Virus record (IMG/VR): IMGVR_UViG_3300009181_000158
Span: 1-39,374 of that record
From: a virus
Lineage: Duplodnaviria; Caudoviricetes
Length of the DNA stretch: 39,374 nucleotides
Direction: 5' to 3' (one strand)
The position numbers were made by a program, and so were the translations under genes. The notes under the pieces are model-generated. The model saw only the letters and a program-made list of their open reading frames with translations. It was not told where the DNA came from and made no database searches. This document shows positions 17,468 to 25,782 of this stretch, piece after piece (the stretch's first letter is position 1; every line of letters starts with the position of its first letter).

Positions 17468-17895
17468 GCAGTAGCTTTCTCTAATTGTGGATAACCAAGG
17501 TATCGCCGCAGTTCCTTGTCTTGCGGTTCAAACCGTTCACCTAGCCAAAAGATCCGATAGCTTTCACTGCCATACTGGCCTATACCATACAGCTTGGTTG
17601 CATCTTTAAAATCCCAGCTTAGGAAATCGCAACTCATCTTGCGTAGGGTATTCTCTCTGCGATTGTAGAAACCAAGTGGACGTATCACAGGTATCACTTC
17701 ATCTGGCGTGCTGTAAAGATACGACTCTTCGTTTGGCCACCTGCTCAAGAATTCTGGTAGTACAGTCTTAACAGGCTTGCGACCTGTTTGGTTTAACATG
17801 ATCACACCAACCATGTGCTGCCAGCGGGTGTGCACCTGTTGTTGGACCATTAAATCATCACGCAGTGCGTGGACAGATACTTCTTTCACAGTCAT
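17464..17895 (-). CDS. HhH-GPD DNA glycosylase, MBD4-like
   Basis: IMLNQT, PLGFYNRR, HhH LYGIGQYGSESYRIF, EPQDKEL. Confidence 0.8.
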   Translation of the reverse strand: MTVKEVSVHALRDDLMVQQQVHTRWQHMVGVIMLNQTGRKPVKTVLPEFLSRWPNEESYLYSTPDEVIPVIRPLGFYNRRENTLRKMSCDFLSWDFKDATKLYGIGQYGSESYRIFWLGERFEPQDKELRRYLGYPQLEKATA

Positions 17896-18173
17896 TGCGC
17901 CGCTGCTTCTTCATCTGTAGGTTTGACCAGGAATCTGCGTAGCACCGAATCTGATCTATATGGATCAAAGCTGCTTTGGCTACCATCAAACCAGCGCATG
18001 CGATACATCACACCAGCAGACTCGGTCTTTAGCACGCAGATGCGCGGGTCGTTGCACACTCCCCAATCAGTGCCTGCTACTAGGTTATCCCTTAGCCATT
18101 CTATGCGTTCCATTACTGCGTGATCTTCGAGATGTTGCCAGTTTAGGACCCAGACCTGTTCAGCGTCTGACAT
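17892..18173 (-). CDS. small protein of the dispersed paralog family
   Basis: TAATG-coupled start; RIEWLRDNL...ESAGVMYRMRWF. Confidence 0.65.
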   Translation of the reverse strand: MSDAEQVWVLNWQHLEDHAVMERIEWLRDNLVAGTDWGVCNDPRICVLKTESAGVMYRMRWFDGSQSSFDPYRSDSVLRRFLVKPTDEEAAAQ

Positions 18174-18862
18174 TACACGTACTCCGATTGGATCAGTTCT
18201 GCCCACGAATCCTTGCCATGCGGGTGTGTTATCACGTTATAACCGCAGACAGTTAACAGCTCTTTGGCTACAAACATGCGCTTCACGTCTGTGTGGGCAT
18301 TGTCTTCAAACTGTATCTTCTTAGGCAAGCTAACACGCATGCCTCGACGTGTGTACTCAATCAACATGTTGATCAGCAGATCGGCATCCATGCCTTCTGT
18401 ATCTGTCTTGAGTAGATCAACTGTGCCAATGTCAAACTGGTCTATCAGCATGCCCCAGGTGATGCAAGGAACCTGCACAATCTTTACAACACCTGCTGCT
18501 AATAGATCCCACTTGGGCAACGCAGCACGATCGTCTGTTGCATGCCAGTTGTCTATGTTAGGATAGTACCCAGTGTGGAACTCATGAGGTTTGCCAATGG
18601 AATTACAACCCTTCATCCAACTGCCAAGGCCGTGCAGTGCAATGTCACTGTCTGGTATGAAGTATAGATCAACAGAAGCACTGCGAGTGTACTGCTCATC
18701 TGTGACCATCGCACTCCATAGCTTGTGCATGGTTGGTCTGACGGGTAGCCTGTCTAGATACACTTTGACTGGTTCAACACTTAGGCCTACTTGTCCATCA
18801 GGTACCGATTGGCACAGCGTATCAAAATCAGACGTACCTATCTCTATGAAATCATAGTGCAT
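18173..18862 (-). CDS. FkbM-like SAM-dependent methyltransferase
   Basis: DFIEIG, SVEPV, DLLKTDTEGMD, IQFE pattern. Confidence 0.7.
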   Translation of the reverse strand: MHYDFIEIGTSDFDTLCQSVPDGQVGLSVEPVKVYLDRLPVRPTMHKLWSAMVTDEQYTRSASVDLYFIPDSDIALHGLGSWMKGCNSIGKPHEFHTGYYPNIDNWHATDDRAALPKWDLLAAGVVKIVQVPCITWGMLIDQFDIGTVDLLKTDTEGMDADLLINMLIEYTRRGMRVSLPKKIQFEDNAHTDVKRMFVAKELLTVCGYNVITHPHGKDSWAELIQSEYV

Positions 18863-18868
18863 GCTATG

Positions 18869-19084
18869 TTATCGCCGTCTCTTATCCTGGGGCGTATCAA
18901 CCAGTGCTGCAGCTAATTCGTTTTGCACATGCCCTAGTGCATCGCTAGCTTTTAGTAGCTCTGTTTCAGACGCCGCGCCGTTAATAACTAACTGCGCAAG
19001 TTGAGCATGCTCTCGGTAGCGCTGATCAACTAGGTCGGCAAGATCTTTTACTGACATGACGTCGCCCAATGCAGCAGTGCTCAT
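18869..19084 (-). CDS. small helical hypothetical protein
   Basis: ORF track; ATGA overlap. Confidence 0.6.
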   Translation of the reverse strand: MSTAALGDVMSVKDLADLVDQRYREHAQLAQLVINGAASETELLKASDALGHVQNELAAALVDTPQDKRRR

Positions 19085-19263
19085 TTTGACACTCCCACAT
19101 CTTGATCTAATTCGAAATACCGAGCATCATCCACAGATTTCAACCAACGGCCGGTTTCGTATGAATGGGTAAGCACATACGCACCAAGTGCAAAGATTGC
19201 CACCCCAAGCACACTAAGAACAACATCGCGGATAGTTTTAGTCACATACATTTGAAACTCCAT
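19081..19263 (-). CDS. small single-TM protein
   Basis: One hydrophobic helix; follows a promoter. Confidence 0.6.
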   Translation of the reverse strand: MEFQMYVTKTIRDVVLSVLGVAIFALGAYVLTHSYETGRWLKSVDDARYFELDQDVGVSK

Positions 19264-19286
19264 ACTGTATAGTCATCTACATCAAT

Positions 19287-19314
19287 AAAGTAGCACACGT
19301 AAAACGTTTGTCAA
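19287..19314 (-). promoter_or_regulatory. sigma70-type promoter
   Basis: TTGACA-N16 (ending TGC)-TACTTT. Confidence 0.7.
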
Positions 19315-19614
19315 TCAGTAATTACCGTCTTGTAGGATCACTGCATGGGGCACAGTCATGTCCATTTCAGTCATGGTACCCCTGTATGCAAGACCAATTG
19401 CTGCAAGCTTGTCAGTTAACAGCAATTCTGCTTGCTCCACAGATTCTGCAACAACTACTGCACTAGTACCCACAGGCCACAGCCCTTCAAAGTCTGTGTT
19501 GTAGTAGACTTTTAACCGTAGCATTTCTAGTTTTTGTTCAGCGTCGTACAATTTAACTCGCAGCGATTCTGCTATTGCCTGTGTATACGTTGCTTCGTAT
19601 AGCCAATCTGACAT
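19315..19614 (-). CDS. hypothetical protein
   Basis: ORF track; AAGGA SD; F.G.WPVGTSAVVVA. Confidence 0.7.
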   Translation of the reverse strand: MSDWLYEATYTQAIAESLRVKLYDAEQKLEMLRLKVYYNTDFEGLWPVGTSAVVVAESVEQAELLLTDKLAAIGLAYRGTMTEMDMTVPHAVILQDGNY

Positions 19615-19632
19615 ATGCGTATCCTTGATGGT

Positions 19633-19660
19633 AAAAATAGCCGTATACTACGGCTATTTT
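19633..19660 (-). terminator. intrinsic terminator after the YccA/BI-1 gene
   Basis: Perfect inverted repeat AAAATAGCCGTA-N3-TACGGCTATTTT. Confidence 0.75.
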
Positions 19661-19676
19661 ATTTGATATTTGTCTA

Positions 19677-20369
19677 TTACTTTTTAGCGCCTACTAACTT
19701 CAGCAAATTCAGCAAAAGGTTTACAAAGTCTAAATACAAGGACAGTGCACCCATGATACCAGCCTTTGACCTATCATCGCCGTGCGTTTTATAGAAAATA
19801 TCTTTAATCTGTTGTGTATCATACGCAGTTAACCCAACAAAAATCACCACACCTACGATGGAAATTGCAAAATCCAATGCAGAGTTTTGCATGAATATAT
19901 TTAAAATACTAGCTGCAATTAAGCCGAACAGACCCATAAGAAAAAATCCACCCAGCGACGTAAGATCGCGTTTGGTTGTGTATCCATATATGCTCATTGA
20001 TAAAAACATGATAGCAGTGATCATAAAAACTTGAATAACACTGCCCAACTGATATACTATAAAGATGCTGGACAAACTAATACCCATAACAGCGGCGTAT
20101 GCATAGAACATAAATCTTGCAACAGTCACAGACATTTTGTCAATCATAAATGACATGACAAATACCATGGCAAGCGGCGCAAGTATAAAAAGCCATGCTT
20201 GTGGTCCGCCAAGGAACATGGCAACGAGGGTGGGGTCAGTACCTATGATGTAGCTAACAATGCCACTCAGTAACAAGCCAATCCCCATGTTATTGTAAAC
20301 ACCGATCATGTATTCGCGCAAACTTTGATCATCGGTAGTAGTTGTGTTAATAGCACGTGTCACAGCCAT
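19677..20369 (-). CDS. Bax inhibitor-1 / YccA family membrane protein
   Basis: About 7 TM helices; LREYM..VY..M, YGYTTKRDL, LTAYDTQ.IK, ALSLYLDFVNL; AAGGAGA SD. Confidence 0.92.
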   Translation of the reverse strand: MAVTRAINTTTTDDQSLREYMIGVYNNMGIGLLLSGIVSYIIGTDPTLVAMFLGGPQAWLFILAPLAMVFVMSFMIDKMSVTVARFMFYAYAAVMGISLSSIFIVYQLGSVIQVFMITAIMFLSMSIYGYTTKRDLTSLGGFFLMGLFGLIAASILNIFMQNSALDFAISIVGVVIFVGLTAYDTQQIKDIFYKTHGDDRSKAGIMGALSLYLDFVNLLLNLLKLVGAKK

Positions 20370-20370
20370 A

Positions 20371-20496
20371 TTACTCTCCTTTAAAGTTAATTGATGACAG
20401 CTTTGCTATATTTTGCAACCTTGCTATGTCTATGTCTAGTCTGATACATATCTCTTGATCAAACAATGTGCAGTAACTTGGTGCCCAGTTGATCAT
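20371..20496 (-). CDS. possible 41-aa ORF
   Basis: ATGA overlap with the topoisomerase stop; open up to the SD of the BI-1 gene. Confidence 0.35.
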   Translation of the reverse strand: MINWAPSYCTLFDQEICIRLDIDIARLQNIAKLSSINFKGE

Positions 20497-21851
20497 CGGT
20501 CTATCTTAGGCAGTTTCTTAAGTGCCTGGACCTCACGCTTATATAGTGCTCGTTGCAGTGCAGGATCGACCAAGACTGTCTGATGGCTTGCGATCGTCTT
20601 GGTTATATCAGCTATCTTAGCTACCACATCAGCATAGGTATCCTTGGCCCAACGATAGCTAGGCAAGCTGGCAATGCGGTCTATCTGATCGTCATCTAGC
20701 ACAATAGCAGCACACAGTGCGTTTACCTTAGCAACGATAGCAGCTTTGTCATCAGCAGTGGGTAAGAACTGCGGTAATTGTCCATCTATGCAAGCTTTGA
20801 TAGCCAAGTTCCAATTCAGTTGGTAGGTTAAATCAGCTATCAGTTTTTCATAGCGGATCTTGTACCAACCTAGCCGCCATTCTACATACTCTTTTATTAC
20901 CTGTTCTGCAGATTCAAACTGGCGCACGCTGTTGCCGTTCCAATCCAATACTACAATTCGTTCAGTAGCTTTGCTACGCAGCTTGAAATAGTCGATAGCA
21001 GTGTCTTCGGTCCAGCCGTTGATCGTGCCGCGCTTGAAGCGTATCTCGATACGGATCTCTTTGGTACTGCGATCAATGTAGGTCTGGATCTTGTCCTCTT
21101 CTTCCATGGTGTTCAACCGCGCTTTGAACTTCTCGAGGCTGAGATCTGGTGGCAGCTCTTCGATCCACACAGTGCTACCGTCAATGCGGCAGCGGCCCGT
21201 AAACTCCCAGCTGTTACCAGCAATGTTGCGCACACCACAGTTGAGGTAGTCATAGCGCGGCACCAATATTTTGATAGTCTTGCCGTCCAGTGCAGCAACA
21301 GTAGCGTCAATGATGTCATCCAGCGCACGCGGCAGGATGTCAGTGCTCCAACCAACTGCGATACCGCTAATACCATTGAGCAGTACCATTGGCACCAACG
21401 GTAGATAGTTCTTGGGTTCAAGCACGCTGCCGTCGTAGTTTTCTTTGAGTGGTACTATATCGTAATCAGTAAACACCAGTGCATCGGTATGCGTGTTGCG
21501 CTTGAGATACGTGTAACGTGCTGCACCCCAATCAGTTGGTCCAACCTTGGTACCAAACGCGCCGATGCCGTGCAGCAATGGTACGTTGTTGCAATAGGGT
21601 GCAGCCATTAAGCTTAGCGTTTCTGCTGCGCTAGCGTCACCGTGCAAGTAAACGTTTTGGCTGATCATCTCGCCTGCCAGAGAAATGGTCTTGATCTTGT
21701 CGCTCTTGGGTTTGATCACAAACAGTGCTTTGCGCTGTGCATCCTTGAGCCCATCACACACACTGGGAATACCACGAGTCTGGCACACATAGATGCTGTA
21801 GTCTCGGCTGGTACCCTTGATGTAGTCAGTGGTGTTGTTATATGTGCTCAT
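20493..21851 (-). CDS. DNA topoisomerase II cleavage subunit (T4 gp52 / GyrA-ParC-like)
   Basis: DGLKDAQRK, YLHGD, active-site AARY, PMVLLNG.SGIAVGW; no GyrA CTD. Confidence 0.93.
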   Translation of the reverse strand: MSTYNNTTDYIKGTSRDYSIYVCQTRGIPSVCDGLKDAQRKALFVIKPKSDKIKTISLAGEMISQNVYLHGDASAAETLSLMAAPYCNNVPLLHGIGAFGTKVGPTDWGAARYTYLKRNTHTDALVFTDYDIVPLKENYDGSVLEPKNYLPLVPMVLLNGISGIAVGWSTDILPRALDDIIDATVAALDGKTIKILVPRYDYLNCGVRNIAGNSWEFTGRCRIDGSTVWIEELPPDLSLEKFKARLNTMEEEDKIQTYIDRSTKEIRIEIRFKRGTINGWTEDTAIDYFKLRSKATERIVVLDWNGNSVRQFESAEQVIKEYVEWRLGWYKIRYEKLIADLTYQLNWNLAIKACIDGQLPQFLPTADDKAAIVAKVNALCAAIVLDDDQIDRIASLPSYRWAKDTYADVVAKIADITKTIASHQTVLVDPALQRALYKREVQALKKLPKIDR

Positions 21852-22119
21852 TCTGTTTCCATTCTGGTCGTAGCTTCCAAAGCACTAGATCGCTAGTGTT
21901 ATCTATCGGCATCCACACGCCGATCTCATCGTAGGTGCGAAACGGTTCTGTGATTATCACCAAACGGCCACTGTTGAATGATGAGATGTGTTCTTCACAC
22001 CATTCTATCAGCGATTGGTTTTGAGTGTAGAACATGATTAGCTTGGCATTGTCTAGCAGCCAATCACCAACGTCGCGATTGACCTGAAACTTTCCCATGC
22101 AAACTCTAGTGTCAGACAT
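21838..22119 (-). CDS. small paralog-family protein between the topoisomerase subunits
   Basis: LIEWCEEHI...DNTSDLVLWKLRPEW; overlaps both neighbours. Confidence 0.65.
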   Translation of the reverse strand: MSDTRVCMGKFQVNRDVGDWLLDNAKLIMFYTQNQSLIEWCEEHISSFNSGRLVIITEPFRTYDEIGVWMPIDNTSDLVLWKLRPEWKQNEHI

Positions 22120-23998
22120 CCAGCGCAATCCAATCCTTGCGAGCGTCAGCGCCCTTGGGATCAAATATCAACTTTAATGCGTCGCCTAAGTTACCATCGT
22201 CGTTGATAGGTATCAACTTTGGTTTGACCAAGCTGTGGCGCCAATCTGCTTCTTCTAACGACCCGAGACCCTTAGCACGGGTTGGTTTTGGCGCACCTTT
22301 CCAGTCCTTGGCATTGTAGGTATGATAATCATCAGCATACCAATAGTGACGGTTCTTGCCTTTTTCTTGGATGATAAACGGAGTTTGTAGTGCGTAGAAG
22401 AACGTGGGCAGCTTGGGATCAAACAGCTCGGGCCAATGCAAGTAGAAGAAGTTGACCAATAGTGCTGTGATGTTAGCGCCATCTGGATCTTGGTCAGCTG
22501 CTAGCCAAACTTGTCCGTAGCGCAGATCAGCACGCACAGCACGCTGTCCCAGTGCACAGCCAATGCTGGTCATGAGATCCATGAGTATCTGATTGTCCAA
22601 CAAGGTCTTGGGTGCTTCGCCGCGCACATTTAAAATTTTACCACGCAGTGGTAATGCACCATGTACCTCTGGATCGCGCACAGCACTAACCATGGTCTTG
22701 GCGCTGTCACCTTCTGTGATCAACAGCACGCACTTGGTACGATCTTTGCCATTGGCATCCAACAGCTTAGGCACCTTGGTACGCATCATCTTGCGTGCTT
22801 GCTTGGCTAGCTCGGCATCATCTTTCTTCTGTGTGCGTGCAGCACAGCGTGCATAGATCTCGTCGATCCAAGTCTTGTTGTTCTTGATTATGTTCTTTAA
22901 GGTGTTTTCATCTTCAAGCACAGTTTTGATATAGCCATCAACATCGTCGTTGATCAGCCGCGTCTTGCTTTGGCTATCAAAGTTAGGAGCGTGCATTGCT
23001 GTGACGTTATAGATCAACAATCCATCTGCGATATCGCTACGATTAGGTGTCAATCCACGACGCTTGCTTTCGCGCTCAAGGGCACGCACCAATCCACCAT
23101 AGAATATGCGCTTGAATGTATCAATATGCTGCCCGCCGTTGAATGCAGGGATATCGTTCACAGTAGTATGCAGGTATTCGCCGTCTTCAGCAAAGTTTGG
23201 CACCAAATAGAACGTGCTCTTGAAGTTCTTGTCGTTAACATCAACAGTGATTACAGATTTACCTTCAAAGAAGGTCTTGGCTACTGTTGGCTTAACTACA
23301 ACGCGAGTGCCATTGAAACTAAAGCGAATTTTAGGATGATTTGCCGCAATTTCTGTCATGCGTGCTTTAACGAAGGCTAGCGGCAGATTAGCTTTCTTGA
23401 ACACATCCTTGCTGAGCTTGAACTCAACCGTAGTTCCAGTCTTGCCACTATTGTTAGTGATCTTGGGTTCGCGTATATCGAGCTCGTCAAATGCAGCGTT
23501 TCCTTCACGGAATGTCTGCTGGAAGCGTTTACCGTCTCTAATGATATCCAACGTGAAATGTTCGCTGCAGCTAACCACAGTGCTGGCCCCGATGCCGTTG
23601 GTACCGCGCACTTCTTCGCGAGCCCCAAAGTTACGACCTGCACGAGCCTGCGTCAAAGCCAACGTTGCTTTGTGCATGTTTTCATTCTCATCCCAGTCAA
23701 TCGGGATACCTCTACCGTCATCGCTGACAGTGAACAGCATCTCTTTCTGATCATAGGTAACTCCGACACTAGTGCCATGCCCGTGCCCAACAACTTCGTC
23801 AAGGGCATTGTCTAATATCTCACGGAATGCGCAATAGACTGCAGGAGTCCATGTCATCTCCACTGGCTTCAGGGCCTTGCCGTCCCAGTTCACGATCGTC
23901 TGGCTGTGTGGGCTTCGACTACCAAGATACATCTCCGTGCGCAGACGGTGATGTTGATAGTCAGTGAGTTTTTGTATTTCGTTAGATTGCTTCTTCAT
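22112..23998 (-). CDS. DNA topoisomerase II ATPase/TOPRIM subunit (T4 gp39+60 / GyrB-ParE-like)
   Basis: EILDNALDE, DDGRGIP, GTNGIG, TEGDSA, PLRGKILNV, DQDPDG, KGLGS. Confidence 0.95.
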   Translation of the reverse strand: MKKQSNEIQKLTDYQHHRLRTEMYLGSRSPHSQTIVNWDGKALKPVEMTWTPAVYCAFREILDNALDEVVGHGHGTSVGVTYDQKEMLFTVSDDGRGIPIDWDENENMHKATLALTQARAGRNFGAREEVRGTNGIGASTVVSCSEHFTLDIIRDGKRFQQTFREGNAAFDELDIREPKITNNSGKTGTTVEFKLSKDVFKKANLPLAFVKARMTEIAANHPKIRFSFNGTRVVVKPTVAKTFFEGKSVITVDVNDKNFKSTFYLVPNFAEDGEYLHTTVNDIPAFNGGQHIDTFKRIFYGGLVRALERESKRRGLTPNRSDIADGLLIYNVTAMHAPNFDSQSKTRLINDDVDGYIKTVLEDENTLKNIIKNNKTWIDEIYARCAARTQKKDDAELAKQARKMMRTKVPKLLDANGKDRTKCVLLITEGDSAKTMVSAVRDPEVHGALPLRGKILNVRGEAPKTLLDNQILMDLMTSIGCALGQRAVRADLRYGQVWLAADQDPDGANITALLVNFFYLHWPELFDPKLPTFFYALQTPFIIQEKGKNRHYWYADDYHTYNAKDWKGAPKPTRAKGLGSLEEADWRHSLVKPKLIPINDDGNLGDALKLIFDPKGADARKDWIALDV

Positions 23999-24004
23999 CA
24001 GCTA

Positions 24005-24033
24005 GTTATAGCATTCTATGACTGTTTTCACAA
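24005..24033 (-). promoter_or_regulatory. sigma70-type promoter for the topoisomerase operon
   Basis: TTGTGA-N17 (ending TGC)-TATAAC-N6-ATG. Confidence 0.6.
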
Positions 24034-24037
24034 GAGC

Positions 24038-24673
24038 CTATTTTAAAACTGCGACTTTTACGTCTGACCTTGGGTAATTTTGCCAATGATCTGTGGGTGT
24101 TTTGATGCCTAGCCTCTGGCAGAGATGATGGTTATCCACTATGTCAAAGTCCACGTCTGCGCGTGCAGCAGCATTCAAAATACCGTTGTTTTGATAATCT
24201 ATATGCCATGCCATATTGTCTAGATTCTTATAGTATGTATATTTTGGGTACGCGATACGGAATTCACCGCAACGTACCCACTGCCCTAAACACGCATCCT
24301 CTGACCGATGTACTAACACCACTGGACAATCTGGCCAAGTTTCGCGCAAGAAGTCAATCTGGGCTGCGAACATATGGCTTTTGATTATCTTGATACCGCC
24401 CAGCGCATGTCCTGCCCAGGGCCTATCAAACTCAGCTTCACACACGGCCTTGGTGTTTGCATCTAGCTCTTCGAACCAATCACCAAATTCCATGCCAGGA
24501 TCAAAATATGCACCTTGGTGTGCAAGTTCCATCTGACCACTAAGATCGCGACGATAGGTTCGAGAATCACTGTAGTCACCGCGGTCAATGTCAGCACTAT
24601 GATAGATGCTGTTGACCACACTGCACCACTTGCTGCCAGGCGCCCCAGTTACGAATATGTATTTTGGCATCAC
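24038..24673 (-). CDS. P-loop / sulfotransferase-fold protein (tentative)
   Basis: IFVTGAPGSKW, IIKSH, VVLVHR spaced like sulfotransferase 5'-PSB, KxH and 3'-PB motifs. Confidence 0.5.
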   Translation of the reverse strand: MMPKYIFVTGAPGSKWCSVVNSIYHSADIDRGDYSDSRTYRRDLSGQMELAHQGAYFDPGMEFGDWFEELDANTKAVCEAEFDRPWAGHALGGIKIIKSHMFAAQIDFLRETWPDCPVVLVHRSEDACLGQWVRCGEFRIAYPKYTYYKNLDNMAWHIDYQNNGILNAAARADVDFDIVDNHHLCQRLGIKTPTDHWQNYPRSDVKVAVLK

Positions 24674-24708
24674 GATCCTATCAGCATTGCAAGAGTCCTA
24701 TAGATATC

Positions 24709-24737
24709 ATGATAGCATGAAGGTTACAAACTTGCAA
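24709..24737 (-). promoter_or_regulatory. sigma70-type promoter
   Basis: TTGCAA-N17 (ending TGC)-TATCAT. Confidence 0.55.
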
Positions 24738-25122
24738 TCTTGATTTGTAGTGTTTCTATAAGGCTCGACAACCCATTGCGACGATTGCTGCTCAAGATAC
24801 CCTCCAATCCAATCTGGGTAAATTGGCTCTTAGTGATTTGTTTGGCCTGATCTATTGGTAGGTCATCGAAACAATCGCAAATTACGTGTGTGACCCCTTT
24901 GGTTATCAGTGCGTCGCTGTCGTAATACACTCTGGTTCGCCCGTCAATCTCTCCCACGTCTACCCATATCTTACTGATACAACCATTCACAAGTTTGTCT
25001 TCTGTGCGAAGTTCGCCGGGCAACGTTGTTGGTTTTTTTGCAAGTTCAATGAGAAATGCATATTGATCCATGGTATCATCGAATATGCCAAGTTCGTCTG
25101 CCCAGTGTGTTATCTTATGCAT
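24724..25122 (-). CDS. sufE: SufE/CsdE sulfur-acceptor protein for Fe-S assembly
   Basis: Y..LIELAK, VNGCISKIWV with the acceptor Cys, DSDALITKG, LSSNRRNGL. Confidence 0.88.
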   Translation of the reverse strand: MHKITHWADELGIFDDTMDQYAFLIELAKKPTTLPGELRTEDKLVNGCISKIWVDVGEIDGRTRVYYDSDALITKGVTHVICDCFDDLPIDQAKQITKSQFTQIGLEGILSSNRRNGLSSLIETLQIKIASL

Positions 25123-25149
25123 GACAATTCTCGTATATTTCTATCCAGT

Positions 25150-25326
25150 TCACTTCTTGGCGTCTTTTTCTGCTTTGGTAAGTTTTTGATTCCAAGTGTG
25201 ATTGCTAATACCAAGTTCGCTAGCCATTGGCTTTGTTTTGCCGGTGGTAACAGACCCGCCCTTGTTTAAAAACTCAGCAATCAAATCTTCATCTGTCTTT
25301 TTCTTAGATTGATGATTCATTGCCAT
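25150..25326 (-). CDS. small basic protein, 58 aa, with SutA-like motif; not in ORF track
   Basis: MAMNHQSKKKTDEDLIAEFLNKGGSVTTGKTKPMASELGISNHTWNQKLTKAEKDAKK; AAAGGA SD. Confidence 0.65.
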   Translation of the reverse strand: MAMNHQSKKKTDEDLIAEFLNKGGSVTTGKTKPMASELGISNHTWNQKLTKAEKDAKK

Positions 25327-25468
25327 AGTTGTTTCCTTTATATTTTTTCTTCATTCCATAAGGCCATTCGCCTTCGGGGTACCAGTGTCTGCAGTTATAT
25401 ATTGCACTAGAAAAGGAAATACTTATCGAATAGCCTTGTTTTCTTAAAAACTTATACCATTTGATCAT
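25304..25468 (-). CDS. small hypothetical protein, 54 aa, not in ORF track
   Basis: MIKWYKFLRKQGYSISISFSSAIYNCRHWYPEGEWPYGMKKK...; AAGGA SD. Confidence 0.5.
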   Translation of the reverse strand: MIKWYKFLRKQGYSISISFSSAIYNCRHWYPEGEWPYGMKKKYKGNNYGNESSI

Positions 25469-25496
25469 CAGTTATCCTTTGCAGGCCAATTATTAA

Positions 25497-25760
25497 TTAG
25501 GCTGCGATTGCCATTTCAATTTCTTTAGTTACATCGTCAACAAATGTTCGAACAGCACTGTGATCTACTGTGTCTTTTGTATGCACAAACTCTACTTTGG
25601 TTTTAAGTTTTGTTGTGCAGCCGTCAATAACAGTGTAAAACCGCATCACTGGTATTAGTTCATGGATGCCGTTAATCAGTTTAGTCTCAATGGATGTGCC
25701 CGGTGTTGTTAGCGGATACTCAACTCTATCAACTAAAACACTGTTTGGCCAATTTGGCAT
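25497..25760 (-). CDS. hypothetical protein ending in an ssrA-like degron (EMAIAA)
   Basis: ORF track; AAGGA SD; first gene after the tmRNA. Confidence 0.7.
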   Translation of the reverse strand: MPNWPNSVLVDRVEYPLTTPGTSIETKLINGIHELIPVMRFYTVIDGCTTKLKTKVEFVHTKDTVDHSAVRTFVDDVTKEIEMAIAA

Positions 25761-25782
25761 TGTTGTGTCCTTGTGTGTAAGC

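Noticed and set aside
20403-20430. Plus-strand promoter-like TTGCTA-N16-TATGTC firing antisense to topoisomerase
   Set aside because: Weak -10, no downstream plus-strand gene, and the region is explained by a possible short minus-strand ORF.
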